Source: Bryobacterales bacterium (GTDB taxonomy: Bacteria > Acidobacteriota > Terriglobia > Bryobacterales > UBA6623). From it: 64,000 nucleotides of DNA. The notes beneath the pieces are model-generated. The model was not told where the DNA came from and ran no database searches. It was given only the letters and a program-made list of their open reading frames with translations. Within the stretch, counting starts at the first letter, position 1, and every line of letters starts with the position of its first letter. A program made the position numbers and the translations under genes. The stretch is taken from positions 87,995 through 151,994 of the forward strand of contig CBDBZZ010000025.1 of the NCBI GenBank assembly GCA_965213745.1, in the 5' to 3' direction. This document shows, piece by piece, positions 29,443-40,390 of the stretch.

Positions 29443-29882
29443 GGGATCGTGTCGGACCCGTTCTGCGGGTGTGCCACGGCCTGTATTGCGGCGCAGCGGC
29501 TACATCGTCAGGGGGTCGGGACCGCTATCAGCCCGCAGGCGGCTAAGCTTGTGCGCCAGCGGATGCGGGACGAACTCCGGCTGTTCCACCACGGGGCGCA
29601 TAGGCCCAAGATACCGGCGCGTACGGACGTGGGACGGCTCCCGCGCTGCAACCGCCGGGAGAACTGGACGCTGCTCTACGGGGAGCAAGGGGGCCCTGCG
29701 CGGGTTGTGCGGCGCACTTCGCACCGCGCCGCCTGGAGGTAGACCGCATCATCGCACGGGCGAAGGGCGGCACCGACCATCTGAGTAACCTGCAACTCCT
29801 CCGGGGAGCGTGCAACCGGCAGAAGGGCGAGCGGGGCATGGACTACTTGTGGAGCAAGCTCCGGCTCGGGGCCGCAGCGTGA
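29443..29882 (+). pseudogene. DNA methyltransferase C-terminus fused to degenerate HNH nuclease domain (remnant, frameshifted)
   Basis: IVSDPFCGCATACIAAQRLHRQGVGTAISPQAAKLVRQR is the motif-I-like DPF.GsGTT..AA..l.R..iG.e block. After a frameshift comes LYGEQGG / CAGCGAHFAPRRLEVDRIIARAKGGTDHLSNLQLLRGACNRQKG. This is an HNH pattern in which the first His is replaced (DRII for DHII). Confidence 0.55.
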
Positions 29883-29927
29883 GGGGGGGCACCATGACGG
29901 ACCGGACGAAACCCCCGGCGGCCGGTT

Positions 29928-30059
29928 ATGCGGGTCAAGCGACACAGCTACCAGCCGAGCAAAGCGGAACTGGAGGAGCCGATCGTACTGCCGGCCGGCA
30001 CGACGCCCGAGGATCTGGGGCGGGCGGCGGTCATGCCCGTCACCGTCGTTGAGGAGTGA
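29928..30059 (+). CDS. small hypothetical protein (43 aa)
   Basis: MRVKRHSYQPSKAELEEPIVLPAGTTPEDLGRAAVMPVTVVEE. Not in the ORF track (under 60 aa). It is followed immediately by a strong hairpin. Confidence 0.3.
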   Translation: MRVKRHSYQPSKAELEEPIVLPAGTTPEDLGRAAVMPVTVVEE

Positions 30060-30066
30060 CGCTTCC

Positions 30067-30103
30067 GGGTCCGGGGTCGGAGCGGGCCGCCCCCGGACCC
30101 TTT
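30067..30103 (+). terminator. putative intrinsic terminator
   Basis: Perfect 10-bp stem GGGTCCGGGG (30067-30076) / CCCCGGACCC (30091-30100) with a 14-nt loop, followed by TTT. Confidence 0.45.
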
Positions 30104-30239
30104 CGGCACTTTGGTATATGATTCCCCAAGATAGCGTCTCGGTCGGTGCCGAGTCTACCTCGATTGCCAGGCCTTCGGGCAGACTAGCAAGCTAGGCTGC
30201 CATCTGAGCGATTCGGTCGTTGGCTTTGGACGGATTCGT

Positions 30240-31420
30240 CTACCGTCCGAACACGATCGCCTCCCGCTCGAACAGGCGGGCGGTCAGTAGGAGCAGCGCC
30301 ACGGCACCGATGCCAGATGCGAGCGCCGCGCTTAGGTAGGAGGAAGGAGCGAACGCAGCCCCGCGAATGATGCCGTTGATCAGGATGTGCTGGCCGAGCG
30401 CCGGAGCGGCAAGTTTCCAAACCGCCTGCTCGACGGGTTCGCCCAAAGTGAGTATCGTCGGCACCATGGCCGCAAAGATCAGGAACGAAGTGTAGGTTTG
30501 CGCTTCCTTGTAGGATCGCACGAGCGTGGCGACTGCCATCTGGAACGCTGCGAACAGAGGGGCCACAGGCAAGACCGCCGCAAGCAAGCCGACAATCTCG
30601 GTAGGCCCTAGGCGGATACCTACCCCAAGCCCGTGCAGGGGTGCGAAGTCTAGCACGAGCCGAATCGACGCGATCGTCAGCATGGCGCCGGCGGAGGAGA
30701 ACGCCGTCGCAGCGAGCCATTTGCCCCCGCGATGGACAGGCGCGGGACCGGATTGATCAGGAGCGGCTCAAGCGAGCGGCGCTCGCGCTCGCCAGCCGTC
30801 GAGTCGATAGCGATCTAGAGCCCGCCGGCGAAGACTGCGATCAATAGGAACATCGGTATGAACGCGAACGTCATCGCCGCCCGTTCCCGGCTTGTGGACA
30901 GCTCGACCGTCTCGATCCGAACGGGCCGAATCACCTCTGGACTGACACCGCGGACGATCAGCCTCTGCTGGGCGAGTTGCCGGCTGTACGCCTCAATCAG
31001 GCGCCGCAGTCGACCGACGGTCGATCCCGTACCCATGTCCGCGCTGTCAACGACGAGGCGCACTTCGGCCGTCTTCGCCGCAGCAAACCGCTGCCCGAAG
31101 TCGTCCGGGATGACCAGCACGAAATCGGCGATGCCTTCGCGGACCTCGGCAATGGGATGGGCACTCGCAGGCCCGACCGCGACTCCCGGCTGCTGTTCCA
31201 GCCATTCGATCAGCGCCGACGCATGCTCGGCCCCGACCACCGGCACGGTTAGAGACTGAGCGCGTTCCATCCGGTCCGACGCCGTGTTCAACGCAAAGAG
31301 GATCATCACCGGAGCGACAGCCAGCGGCAACAGAGCGGAGAGAATCGAGCGGCGGTCGCGGATGCCATCGAGCAGTTCCTTGCGGAACACAACCCCAAGC
31401 GTCGGAAGCAGGCGTTTCAT
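30240..31420 (-). pseudogene. ABC-2 type transporter permease (NatB-like), in-frame TAG plus frameshift
   Basis: MKRLLPTLGVVFRKELLDGIRDRRSILSALL...IPMFLLIAVFAGGL*IAIDSTAGERERRSLEPLLINP... TAG at 30815-30817 sits just before the conserved AIDstAGEkErgtLE block. The C-terminal TM region is in ORF 30240-30683 after a frameshift near 30720. Confidence 0.75.
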
Positions 31421-31485
31421 GCGTCAGGTCCGCGATCCCCGGTCAGCTCCACAAAGGCGTCTTCCAGGTCTGCCCTGCCCGTCGC

Positions 31486-32139
31486 TCAGTGCAATTTGTC
31501 GGGCGTGCCGCTTGCGGTCACCACGCCGCCCGCCACGATCACGATCGAATCGCTCAGCTCCGCGACCTCCCGCATGATGTGGCTTGAGAAGACAACGCAC
31601 TTTCCCGCGTCCCGGAGTTGGCGGATCGCGCCGCGGATCGCCCTTGCGCTCATGACGTCGAGACCGAGCGTCGGCTCGTCCAGCAGCACATGCTGCGGCC
31701 CGTGCGCGAGGGCACGCCCCAAGGCCACTTTCGTGCGCTCCCCCTGCGAGAAGCCCGCCGCCCTTCGGTCCATGATTGCGTGCATCCCAAGCAGTTCGGC
31801 CAGCTCCGTGCAACGCACGTCCACATCGCTCCCGCGCAGGCGCGTGAAGTACCGTATGTGCTCCCGCGCTGTCAGTCGCGCGTAGGTGCCGCGGGATTCG
31901 GGCAACACCCCGCAGAGAGCCCGCGCAGCGAGCGGATCCCTCGTGACATGAACGCCATCCACCGAGACGCGCCCCGCGTCGGGCCTGACCAGTCCATAGA
32001 TCGTGCGCAACGTGGTAGTCTTACCGGCACCGTTCGGCCCCAACAGGGCCGTGACTTGACCGTCCCGCGCCGCGAACGAGACCCCGTTCACGGCTTCGAC
32101 CTCGCCGAACCGCTTGCGGATTCCGTCGACCTCGATCAT
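31486..32139 (-). CDS. ABC transporter ATP-binding protein (ABC-2/NatA-like)
   Basis: Start at ATG 32139: MIEVDGIRKRFGEVEAVNGVSFAARDGQVTALLGPNGAGKTTTLR (Walker A), FSQGERTKVALGRAL (signature), LLDEPTLGLD (Walker B). Confidence 0.85.
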   Translation of the reverse strand: MIEVDGIRKRFGEVEAVNGVSFAARDGQVTALLGPNGAGKTTTLRTIYGLVRPDAGRVSVDGVHVTRDPLAARALCGVLPESRGTYARLTAREHIRYFTRLRGSDVDVRCTELAELLGMHAIMDRRAAGFSQGERTKVALGRALAHGPQHVLLDEPTLGLDVMSARAIRGAIRQLRDAGKCVVFSSHIMREVAELSDSIVIVAGGVVTASGTPDKLH

Positions 32140-33631
32140 GGCGTTTCGGTCACGGCCGAGCCCGCATGCGTCACGAAGAACGGTGGCCGCCGCAACTCTT
32201 GCACACATTGGGCATCGAGTGTGGCGGGCTCCGCCTCGCGGAAGAAATCGGCGATCAGCTCAGGCACGCAACCCGCGGCGGAGACGCCGTGGCTGACGCC
32301 CGGGACGGTGATGTGGCGGGCATGGGGAAGCCTTCCGCCAGGGCGTCGCCCCCCCAGCGCGGCGGCGTGACAGGATCGAGTCCGACCGAGAGAACGAGAG
32401 CGGGCACATCCGACCGAACCGGTTCGCGATAGTTCTCCGCGATGGCACCCCGAGGCCACTCCGCGCAGACTTCTCCCCATCTCCTGGCAAGCGTATCCCC
32501 CAGAAACGTGCCAGCTCCCCTCAATCGGCTCTCGCGGGCGTCGATCCAGGCCAGATCTTCGGCGCAGACCACAGAAAAGAACAGGTCCCAGTCGAATCCC
32601 AGTTCCTCCGGCTGGCCGTCTCCGGCCAGAGCCAAGGCCAGCAAGCCTCCCGCGTTCCCGCCAACCGCCTAGTCGATCAGGAGGGGGAGCATGGAGGCCA
32701 TCTCGGGAACGTAGAGCCACCGCTGGATCAGCCCCGCAGCAAACTCGCTGCTCAATTGAAACTCCACATCGACACCGGTTCTCGGATGCTTCGTAGTGGC
32801 AAGCATCGGCTGGCGCTCTAGCCACGCGGAGAATCTGACCCGAAGGCCAGGGAACCGATTCCGGCAAGGGTCCTCCTGCTCACAGGCATCGAACATCAGA
32901 TCCAGCGCCCGCTGCCCGTCTTCGGGGAACGAAAGAGGCAGTTTCATCCGGAGCGGCACCGAGCTGTCGAACGCAGCACTCCGGACATGCTCGCCATGGC
33001 GGCGTAGGTAGACCAGCGCTGCCCGAGTGCCATACGAGCCTCCCCAGAGATTGACCGTCGAATAGCCAAGCCGCGCGCGCACCTCATCAAGATCGTCCAT
33101 TGCAATCGGTGTCGTATAGAGCCTCAGGTCGGCGTCGTAGCGCTCCCGGCACCGGCGCACGGTCTGGATGAAGTACCGAGGGCTCATCAGGAGCGCGAGG
33201 TCGTCCGCATCCACTTCGCAGCGCAACCCGTTGGAATCGCCGGTGCCTCTCTGATCGACAAAGACGAGATCGCGCTGTCGCCGCACGCGGCGGAACGCCT
33301 CAGCGAGCACGGAACTCAACTGCGCCGCACCCTGACCGGGGCCTCCGGCCAGGACGAATACAGGATCGGGACGGGCGTCCGGGGCCAGAGCGGGAAACAC
33401 GACGACCTTCAAGTCGATCACGCGTCCCGATCCCCATTCCCGGTCCTCGAATACGGCCACCCAGCCACACCGTGCGTCCGGGAGCCCCTCCTCGGGCTCA
33501 CATGCCTCGAGCGCGGCCCGGCGCTCGACTGGTTCTGGCGGCCAGCCTCAGCCAAGCTGCAAGCCGATCGAAGCCGCAAGGACCAGCCCGCAGGTAAGGA
33601 GGGCGACGGGGCGACTTAGTCCAACCCGCAT
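32136..33631 (-). pseudogene. secreted alpha/beta hydrolase (TAP-like / S33 family), two nonsense codons and one frameshift
   Basis: MRVGLSRPVALLTCGLVLAASIGLQLG*GWPPEP... (TGA 33548-33550), ...VFVLAGGPGQGAA...NLWGGSYGTRAAL (nucleophile elbow GxSxG)...LPLLID*AVGGN (TAG 32669-32671). A frameshift near 32330 precedes ...HARHITVPGVSHGV. The stop overlaps the start of the ABC ATPase gene. Confidence 0.7.
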
Positions 33632-33650
33632 CACGCTACGCTCGCCCCGC

Positions 33651-36119
33651 CTAGAAGTCGTCAAGGTCAAGGCGCCTTCCTTGGTTGAGATCGAGAAAGG
33701 AGTCGGTAGTAACGTCAAGGCTGCCGCCTGCCGCAAGCTCGGTCTTGAACTCGGAGCCCGCATAACGGACGATGAGGGGCTTGCCGAGCTGCGACTCGAT
33801 ACGCGCGTTAACGAGCCGCATGCCCCGCCACTCGATGGCTACCGTGTAGCCACCCCGCGCCCGCAGGCCCTCGATCCGCCCATCCGGGAGCGCGCTCGGC
33901 AGCGCCGGGAGCAGGGAAAGGAAACCAGCCTGGCCATTCTGTACCGCGCTCTCCCGCAACGGCGCACCGTAGGGGTCGTGGCTTTGCAGCAACATCTCCG
34001 CAATTCCCGCTGTTGCGCCGAAATTGCCGTCGATCTGAAAGGGCGGATGGGCGTCGAAGAGGTTCGGATACAGTCCTCCTCGACGTCCGTCTAGATTCCG
34101 TGCCGTCTCGCCGGGCACCGGTGCCAGCAGGTTCCCGAGAATCCTGTAGGCGTGATCCCCGTCGAGCAGCCGGGCCCAGAAATTCACCTTCCAGCCCATG
34201 GACCAGCCGGTCGCCCCGTCGCCCCGGAACTCGAGCGACTTGCGGGCCGCGGCGAACAGATCCGGCGTTCCGTAAGGCGTGATCTCGACACCCGGGTGCA
34301 GGCCGAAGAGGTGCGAAACGTGCCGGTGCTTGTTATCGGGATCGTCGACGTCCTCCAGCCATTCCTGCAACTGCCCGAGACGGCCGATCCGGTTCGGCGC
34401 GATCCGGGCGCGGACCTCGCCTAGGCGCTCGCGCAGCTCCGCGTCGACTCCGAGCACGGTGGCGGCGGCCATCGTATTGCCGAACAGGTTGCGGATGATC
34501 TGGTGATCCATGGTCGGGCCCATGACCAGCCCGCCGTTCTCCGGGGAATTGCTCGGTCCTACGATCAGCCATTCGCCGTCCGGGGATTGAACGAGCGTGT
34601 CGAGGAAGAACTCCGACGCGCCCCGCAGGAGCGGGTACGCGGTCTTGCGCAAGAAGCGCTCGTCGCCGCCGTACAGATAATGCTGCCAGAGGTGCTGGCA
34701 GAGCCAAGCGCCGCCCGTGGGCCAGATGCCGTGGTTCGAATGGTTGATCGGCGCAGTGCCACGCCACAGGTCGAAGTTATGGTGGAGCACCCAGCCGCGA
34801 GCCCCATAGTGCTCGCGGGCCGTCTCGGTGCCCGCCTCGGCGACTTCGCGGAGCGCTTCGAACAACGGCCCGTGCGTCTCCGGCAAGTTCGTGGCCTCCG
34901 CCGGCCAGTAGTTCATCTCGGTATTGATGTTGACGGTGTACTTGCTCTCCCAAGGAGGCTGGTCGGAGTCGTTCCAGATGCCCTGTAGATTGGCGGGCTG
35001 GCACTTCCCGCGGCTCGACGCGATGAGGAGATACCGCCCGTACTGGAAGAGGAGTGCAAGGAGTTGAGGGTCCGACCTCCCGGCGAATCGCTCGATGCGC
35101 TCGTCCGTAGGCTCGTCGGCCGCCAATGTCCGGCCGAGGTCCAGATGCACTCTCTGGAACAGTGCCTGATGGCTGAGCTCATGTTCGCGCCGGAGTTCCG
35201 CGTACGGTATGTCGCGCGCCTGCTCAAGGACGGCTAGGTTGCGCTGGGCCGGATCGGCGGAAACATCGCGAAAACTGACGAAGTTCGTGGCTCCGGCTAG
35301 CAGGAGCGTCGCCTCGCTGGCACCTTCGACCCGCAACCGCCCTCCGTCGAAGGATACGCTCCCGTCAGTAAGGGCGGCGAGCCGGGCCTCGAAGCGGATT
35401 GCTCCGTCCTCGACCCGTCCTGCCATGCGCAGGACACCGCCGTCTTCGGCAAGCGCACCCACTGGATGAGAACTCCGTAGGCCCGCGGCGAAAGACAACT
35501 GCCGGGTGCCGCTAGCCGTGAGCCGCGCGACGAGAACCTGTCGGGGAAAGCTCGAGAAGACCTCGAGGCGGTGCAACGCCCCCTCGGCCGCGAAATCAAC
35601 GAGCGCAACGGCATCGTCTAGGTCCAGGGATCGCCTATAGCCGCTGATCGCCCCCTCGTCCAGGCCCGTCCTGGTCAGGATCAGGTCACCGAAGGTTTGG
35701 TAGGCCTTTTGGCGCAGGGGCACGCTCATGAAGCGTTCCATGGCCAGGGATTCCGCCTGATCCTGCTTGCCTTCGGCGAGCAACGACCGGATGCGCCCCA
35801 AATATCCCTGTGCGCCGGGATTGGCGTAGCTGTGGGGCCCGCCTTGCCACACGGTGTCCTCGTTGAACTGAATCCGCTCGCTTAACGTTCCACCGAAGAC
35901 CATCGCCCCTAGGCGGCCATTGCCGACCGGCAGCGCTTCGACCCAGCGCTCCGCGGGGCGGCGGTACCAGAGTTCGAGAGGGGTGGATGCGGGCCGGTCT
36001 CCGCAGGCGGGCACACCGAGGCAGGCTGCTGCGGAAGCGAGAAATCCCCGGCGGTCGAGAAGGTGGGGCATTTCGAAGACGGACATTGCGCTTCCCGCCA
36101 TGCGAGGTCTGCGTCTCAC
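33651..36119 (-). CDS. glycoside hydrolase family 95 (alpha-L-fucosidase-like)
   Basis: 822 aa with Tat-like leader ([19 protein letters not shown]). Motifs: [77 protein letters not shown]. Confidence 0.85.
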   Translation of the reverse strand: MRRRPRMAGSAMSVFEMPHLLDRRGFLASAAACLGVPACGDRPASTPLELWYRRPAERWVEALPVGNGRLGAMVFGGTLSERIQFNEDTVWQGGPHSYANPGAQGYLGRIRSLLAEGKQDQAESLAMERFMSVPLRQKAYQTFGDLILTRTGLDEGAISGYRRSLDLDDAVALVDFAAEGALHRLEVFSSFPRQVLVARLTASGTRQLSFAAGLRSSHPVGALAEDGGVLRMAGRVEDGAIRFEARLAALTDGSVSFDGGRLRVEGASEATLLLAGATNFVSFRDVSADPAQRNLAVLEQARDIPYAELRREHELSHQALFQRVHLDLGRTLAADEPTDERIERFAGRSDPQLLALLFQYGRYLLIASSRGKCQPANLQGIWNDSDQPPWESKYTVNINTEMNYWPAEATNLPETHGPLFEALREVAEAGTETAREHYGARGWVLHHNFDLWRGTAPINHSNHGIWPTGGAWLCQHLWQHYLYGGDERFLRKTAYPLLRGASEFFLDTLVQSPDGEWLIVGPSNSPENGGLVMGPTMDHQIIRNLFGNTMAAATVLGVDAELRERLGEVRARIAPNRIGRLGQLQEWLEDVDDPDNKHRHVSHLFGLHPGVEITPYGTPDLFAAARKSLEFRGDGATGWSMGWKVNFWARLLDGDHAYRILGNLLAPVPGETARNLDGRRGGLYPNLFDAHPPFQIDGNFGATAGIAEMLLQSHDPYGAPLRESAVQNGQAGFLSLLPALPSALPDGRIEGLRARGGYTVAIEWRGMRLVNARIESQLGKPLIVRYAGSEFKTELAAGGSLDVTTDSFLDLNQGRRLDLDDF

Positions 36120-36123
36120 GCGA

Positions 36124-37778
36124 TCAATGCCGCACGGTGAGGGTCGGCTCCCCGTTCAACGCTCGAGCGAGACTGTCCAGTTCCGGTCCGACGCTGTAAC
36201 CGAGAATCTCCTCAAACAATCTGTGGTCCAATTCGCGCCGGACCGCGTCATCCGCTATGTAGGCGAAACCCTGGAGGCGCTTGGCATGGAGATCCTCGCA
36301 TACTTGGCGGGCCGCCTGCGCCTGTGCGTCGGACAGGGCGTCGACGTCGATGACTCGCAAGCCGCGTGCGACCTCGTGCGGGAGAGCGCTCCGCCCCAAG
36401 TAAGGCCGATTCGACGAAAGGATTTGCAGCAGCAGGCCGGGAGTGCTGTTCAGCCACAGGCAGAGCGCCTCCTCCTTTCCGCGGGTCGGCCGCTTGGGCA
36501 GCAGCGTAATCCACGACCGGACTCCGAGCATCGCCTCATGCGTGACGACGGCCGCTAGGCGCTGGGGTGCATGGCGCAGTTGGCGAGCGAGATGCAATCG
36601 CCCCGCCTTGGCTAGCATCAGGGAGTGGGCGTTCGCGTCGCGATCGGCCCGTTCGCGGAGCCGCACGTTCACCACCGCTCCGAGCGACGTGATCCTCTTG
36701 TGGCTGTGGTGCCAGATCGCAGGATGGCCCGCACGCGTCGGATCGTCCGTGGCCACGATGTCGAACAGCCCTTGCTTCGCGTTCTTGATCTGCATCTCGT
36801 AAGGGCCGAGCTCGCAGACCGCCGACAGGCTCGCGATCGGCACGCGGACGGCGCGACCGCCGACCTGCCAGGTACCCTCGCTGGCCAGACGAATGGCGGT
36901 CTCCACCAGGCGTCCCTGTCAGAATGTCGCGTGGACCCACGGGCTTGTGTCTAGCCGGGTCTGTTCGACGGGCAGCACCTCGCCCCATGCCTCCGCCCTG
37001 AACGCGATCTCGGCAGGACCGCCGTCGGATCCCGCTGCCGCCAGCAGCGCCCGCGTGACCGCCATCGCGTCAATCGGCTCGTCCGGATTCCGCCGCAGGT
37101 TGACGAACCGCGTCACTGGCTCTCGCCTTGCCCTCGCTCCGTTCCTCCGCGTCGCCACTACCAGCGCCTCGGCGATCCGCGTCGATTCCGAGAACGACAC
37201 AAAGCTCCGCCCGGGCAGCCCGCCCCACGCCGGCCGGTTGCGGCTGTCGTGGCTCCCCACTACCCACTCTACGTCAAAGTCCTCCAGCAGCATCGCCCGG
37301 ACGGGCACCCAGCGGCTGCCGGTCAGCGCCGTCGCAGGCAGCACCAGTGCGACTCGCCCGCCCAGCCTCACCCGCTCGCAGGCCAGCACCGCGAAGGCCG
37401 AGCCAAGGCCTGCGTACAGGCTGGCGGGCGTCCCGCTCAAGATGCGCCGCAGCGTCTCCCTCATGACGTGCGCGTCCGCCCGCGCCAGCGCCGAGCCGAA
37501 GATCGAGTTCCAGTCGCTGTTCTCCGCCGTGCCCGGCCCCCCGCCCACGTGTAAGGCGGGTTGGCGACCACTAGGTCGCAGTTGCGTGGCATGTAGGCGT
37601 CGTAGGCCCGCTCGCCCCGGCCCGTCACGCGCCCGGGATCGCGGCCCTTCTCGGATGAATAGGGGCAGGTACTGCGCCACGCCGCGGCTGGGCGTCTTGT
37701 CCAGAAAGTCCAGCCTCCCCAGATACGCCTGGCCGCCGCGCACATCGCGCGGCATCCAGTACAGCGGCATGTTGGCGA
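36124..37778 (-). pseudogene. N6-adenine DNA methyltransferase with C-terminal target-recognition domain (type IIG / TaqI-like), 5'-truncated
   Basis: NCDLVVANPPYTWAGG (motif IV NPPY) is in the 37461-37793 frame, with a frameshift near 37560 into ORF 36919-37812. A single in-frame TGA (36919-36921) joins it to ORF 36124-36906 (...LCLWLNSTPGLLLQILSSNRPYLG...). The 5' end is cut by the IS630-B terminus at 37779. Confidence 0.6.
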
Positions 37779-38835
37779 TACTGATTTTGCCATAAGTCAT
37801 TGCAAGGAACAACCAGAAACAGTCTAGGCGCAGTCGGCCTCGCGGAAGAACCCCTGCACCTTGGTGGGGTCGGCCTCCAGGGCTCGCAGGGCCTCCTCCC
37901 AGCGCTCCCGGAGCTAGCGGACTGTCCGGACCAGCAGCTTCCCCACCCGGCGCTGGACGACCGACCGGACTTGCTCCGCAGGGTTCAATTCCGGAGAGTA
38001 CGCCGGCAACAGATGAATCTCCACCGGTGCCTCGGTCCGCTCCTTCCAGGCTTCTAGAGGCTTGGATGTGTGGATGCTGTGGCGGTCCACTAGCACGTGA
38101 ATCGGTCTAGCCTCCGTCCGGTCCGGAATCTGCTGCAGGAACTGTTCCAACGTGGCTGCGGTGGCGGTTCCGGCATGGATCCTGGAATAAATTGCTCCCG
38201 CGGGGCTGCTCGCGGAGAGCCTGTTCAGCCGGAACCGCTCCCCCGTTGGCTGGACGACAGGCGTCCGGCCCCGGGGACCCCACGGAGTGCCCCGGTGGGA
38301 GTGCGAGGTCCTGCCGGCCTCGTCGGCCCAGAGCAGCAGGGCTCCCTGCTCCTGCGCGCGCTGGACGAGGGCGGGGTAGGTGACTGCGATCCCAGTCCGC
38401 ACCGCGTCGGCGTTCTGCTGGGAGGACCGGAACTGAGGGCGCTGCGGAGTGAGGCCGAGACGCCGCAGGACCCTGCGCACCGTCGACAGGGACAGTTTGA
38501 CTGGGAACTGGTCGAGGATCCCTGGCCGGACAATTTTCAGCGCCCGGTAGGCGAACTCGAACTGGAGCTGATCGGGGGATTTGTCCCGCAGAGTTGCGAG
38601 GATCAGCTGCATTGGGTCGGGGGAGAGGCAGGGAGGGCGTCCCGGTTTGGGTTGATGTCCGAGAGCCTGGAATCCACAGCAGGCATAGAGACAAATCCAG
38701 GTGCGGATTGTGCGGATGCCGATACCGAATTCCTTGGCCAGGGCTTGGATGGATTTGCCGTGGCGAGCTTGGATCACGACCAGCTTCCTAAGGGGAGGTC
38801 GGGACCGATGGGGAATGCGTCGGAATTCACGAAAT
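37779..38835 (-). mobile_element. IS630-family element (subtype B), copy 1, 5'-truncated, transposase with in-frame TAG
   Basis: Outer terminus TACTGATTTTGCCATAAGTCATTGCAAGG (37779). Transposase reads ...RKLVVIQARHGKSIQALAKEFGIGIRTIRTW...LLWADEAGR...VDRHSIHTSKPLEAW...LPAYSPELNPAE...VRTVR*LRERW. TAG 37914-37916 corresponds to CAG 41477-41479 in copy 2. Homology to copy 2 ends at about 38835. Confidence 0.75.
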
Positions 38836-39494
38836 TCTGGAAGTCGCACGCCAGCATCACCCGCGGCGCGGGCGCCTCCTCCCCCGCCGCACGGGGCACC
38901 GCGGCTAGGCCGAGCCGCTCCAGCTGCGGCACGAGGCCCTGCCAGAGTTCGGCCGCCAGGCCCGGATCGATCGGCTTGTGCATGCACAGCAGCGGTGCCC
39001 GCCCCAAGCCTGCACCCAGTAGCTCGCCGCCGCCGGCAGCGCCAGGCGCTCCCGCGAGACGCAGGGCCGGGCCCAGTGGCCTTGCCCGCTGTAGGTCTGG
39101 ACATGCCCGTCGCCCAGCAAGGTGGCGGTCAGGCCGGGCTCCTCGGCGGCCCCAGCCTCCGGCAGCGCCCCGAGCTAGGCCTGCACGGCAGCCGCGTCGG
39201 CGGTCAGTTGGCGCAGCTTGCGCCGCAGCGTGGGGGCGGTGGCCTGCAGCTGTTCCGGGTTGCGGACCCGCGCCAGCAGCAGGAGCACGGAGCGCAGGCG
39301 GTCGGCGTGCTGCAGCAGGGCCGGCACGGCCGTCAACACGCCGCCGTGCCGCACGCCCCGCGCCGGGACGAAGCTCGGCTCCCGTTCGCCCAGCCCGCCC
39401 AGGCTCGCCGCCACGTTTATAATAAATAGCTGGATGCCTAGGACGCGGGATTCCGGCCGTAATCGTATCAGCGAACGCGCCAAGCGGGAACAGC

Positions 39495-40259
39495 TTGCGT
39501 GGAACCGGTGGGGGGGGGGGGGGGTGGAGGGCGAGAAGCCTTTATAAACGAGTACTAGGCTATAGAGGTCGAGAACACTATTTCGCAAGCGAGCGAAACG
39601 GACTGATCAAGCGTGCGCTGTCCGGAAGCGAGGCGAAGAGTCATCGTTACTTGGAGCTTGGTTCCGCAACGTACACGCGCTGGTTGCAGAAGAATCAGAT
39701 CGCACCGGATCTTTTGATCTGTATCAACATTTCCGCCTCCGAGCTGAAAAGGGGATAAGCTTCTGGAAACGGTGCCTTCCTCCAGCCGAACTTTCTGCTC
39801 ATGGATGCGCATTCGCTCGCTTTCCCGGACCAGACCTTCGATGTTGTTTACGGGGAGAGCATTTTACACCATCTCGATTTCAGTCACGCTATCAGTGAAA
39901 TCGAGCGGGTGCTCAAGGTCGGAGGCCTGATGGTTTTTCGAGAGCCTATCGCGATGAATCCTGTCGCCAAACTGGTCCGAATCCTGACGCCTGCAGCCAG
40001 AACAGTTGACGAATGGCCTCTGGACCGAAGGGATCTTGGCGTCCTGCACGAAACCTTCGACTGCACGTATCAATTCGAGCAGTTGTTCTCTGTCCTTGGC
40101 GCGGCCATCTCCAGTCCATTCTTCAGGAATTCGAAGAACTTTGTAATGTACGCTTTTTTTCGTCTTGATAGGAGCATCTTTGACTGGTTTCCCGGCATCC
40201 GTCCCTACGCCCGAGCCGTTGCTGTCTTCGGCCGGAAGAGACCGCGGTCAAGCACTTAG
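39495..40259 (+). pseudogene. class I SAM-dependent methyltransferase, in-frame TAA, 5' end eroded
   Basis: ...SHRYLELGSATYTRWLQKN...LICINISASELKRG*ASGNGAFLQPNFLLMDAHSLAFPDQTFDVVYGESILHHLDFSHAISEIERVLKVGGLMVFREP. Motif I is degenerate (LELGSAT) and post-I/II/III motifs are present. TAA at 39756-39758. It lies in a low-GC segment. Confidence 0.6.
39510..39524 (+). repeat. G15 homopolymer
   Basis: Fifteen consecutive G bases counted in ...AACCGGT-G15-TGGAGGGCG, at the 5' edge of the low-GC cargo segment. Confidence 0.9.
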
Positions 40260-40390
40260 AAAAGCCGTGCTGTGAGACCCTAGTATCCTCCTTGAGCGAG
40301 CGCAGATCATTCAGAATTAGCCAAGACTCTCGCGGTAACGTACACCCGGTTGGTAACATGCATCCGGTTCAAGATACCATCCACGGCAGT

